Below are positions 40,376 through 41,119 of a stretch of 41,119 bases of DNA, in pieces (position 1 is the stretch's first letter; each line of letters begins with the position of its first letter). The DNA is from an uncultured Bacteroides sp. (lineage in GTDB: Bacteria > Bacillota > Clostridia > Lachnospirales > Lachnospiraceae). The notes beneath the pieces are model-generated. The model had not been told where the DNA came from and did no database searches. It saw only the letters and a program-made list of their open reading frames with translations. The translations under genes were made by a program, and so were the position numbers. Location: contig CAYZYS010000001.1 of NCBI GenBank assembly GCA_964482605.1, positions 1-41,119 on the forward strand. The letters run 5' to 3'.

Positions 40376-40946
40376 TTCGCACCTCATTTTCCACAATGTT
40401 AAATCGCATGAATTCAGGTATGGCGTTCGCCAGTGCCTTTTCTTTTATGCTTTCATCCCCTGTCGCTGCATATGATATCACAACGCCTGCAGGAAAATAT
40501 GGCTTCTCAAGCTTCTTAGAACGAATATCATTATAATTAGCACAAAGGGGAAGACTGTTCATTCTAGACAGATAATCAATCATCGCCAACAGATACAAGG
40601 CTTCCCTATACCATCTGCGCTCATAAAGCTTGCGTATTTCATCAGCTTCTAGCGTTTCAACAATAAAATCTATATCTCCCATATCTTTTACATGATGGCA
40701 TGTATTACTCTTAAAAGTTTCAAAAGAGCATCTGTAATCCGCTTTTTCCACAATATTATTCTCCAGTATGGAATCAACTGTCACACCAAGAACCTTGGCA
40801 ATCTTATGCAATGTTCCAGCCGCGCATTTATCAAGATCAGTTTTTCCACTACAAATATCTGTAATGGTAGTCATTGCCACGCCACTTTCCTTGCTCAAGC
40901 GATATCTCGACATATTTTCCTTTTCAAGTAAATCATTAACAATCAT
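40365..40946 (-). CDS. XRE-family HTH protein with C-terminal domain (putative antitoxin/regulator)
   Basis: MSRYRLSKESGVAMTTITDICSG…TLHKIAKVLGVTVDSIL; AAGGAGG RBS; 3' end overlaps the NTase start. Confidence 0.82.
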   Translation of the reverse strand: MIVNDLLEKENMSRYRLSKESGVAMTTITDICSGKTDLDKCAAGTLHKIAKVLGVTVDSILENNIVEKADYRCSFETFKSNTCHHVKDMGDIDFIVETLEADEIRKLYERRWYREALYLLAMIDYLSRMNSLPLCANYNDIRSKKLEKPYFPAGVVISYAATGDESIKEKALANAIPEFMRFNIVENEVRNVC

Positions 40947-40967
40947 CAGCCTTTCCTCCTTTGTCAC

Positions 40968-40996
40968 AGTATATCGGTCAGCCGAACTAATGTCAA
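40968..40996 (-). promoter_or_regulatory. sigma-70/A promoter with palindromic operator in its spacer
   Basis: TTGACA-17bp-TATACT; spacer contains TCGG-N4-CCGA (40974-40985). Confidence 0.75.
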
Positions 40997-41013
40997 TAAT
41001 ATAACGGTGTCCA

Positions 41014-41118
41014 TTAATCCTCCACATTAAAAAAGGAAAACTCCCATCCTCCCAGATTAACCAATGACAGCAGTTCTTTCTCATCAATATCCTCTACTGT
41101 GCCTTTTTGGAGCAGCGT
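41014..41118 (-). CDS. 3' end of a gene entering from the right edge (unknown product)
   Basis: Open frame TLLQKGTVEDIDEKELLSLVNLGGWEFSFFNVED* ending just before the HTH promoter. Confidence 0.4.
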   Translation of the reverse strand, partial: TLLQKGTVEDIDEKELLSLVNLGGWEFSFFNVED

Positions 41119-41119
41119 A

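Overview
A mostly minus-strand chromosomal segment whose gene content and promoter/RBS style suggest an anaerobic Firmicute, most likely Lachnospiraceae (inference). The core part, about 1-35 kb, carries an LdcB/VanY-type carboxypeptidase, CarD, an NCS2 purine permease, two MATE pumps, a DUF4422 protein, DegV, an ArsB/NhaD-type transporter, a xylA-II-like/xylB/tal cluster, purC, an Rpn-family nuclease, sufCBDSU, guaB, an F1Fo ATP synthase operon, thrH, a large membrane HD-GYP-type protein and a PAP2 phosphatase. An AT-richer accessory-looking block, about 35-41 kb, carries a cyclophilin-like lipoprotein, an alpha/beta hydrolase, LysR, a class-M-like sirtuin, an MDR oxidoreductase and an HTH + nucleotidyltransferase pair. 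The most unusual observations: (1) ATP synthase delta and alpha form one ORF, and gamma has a long insertion; (2) an ECF S-component-like domain is fused to a beta-propeller sensor and an HD-GYP-type output; (3) a short hairpin+GGAATGGAG leader motif recurs before several unrelated genes, with near-identical inverted copies flanking purC-rpn; (4) a triple-hairpin element bounded by direct repeats sits upstream of purC; (5) SufD has a CxxC-containing insertion; (6) there are two candidate toxin-antitoxin/defence modules (Rpn with an internal start; HTH-NTase). No rRNA, tRNA or CRISPR array was seen. All product calls come from motif recognition by eye, not from database searches.
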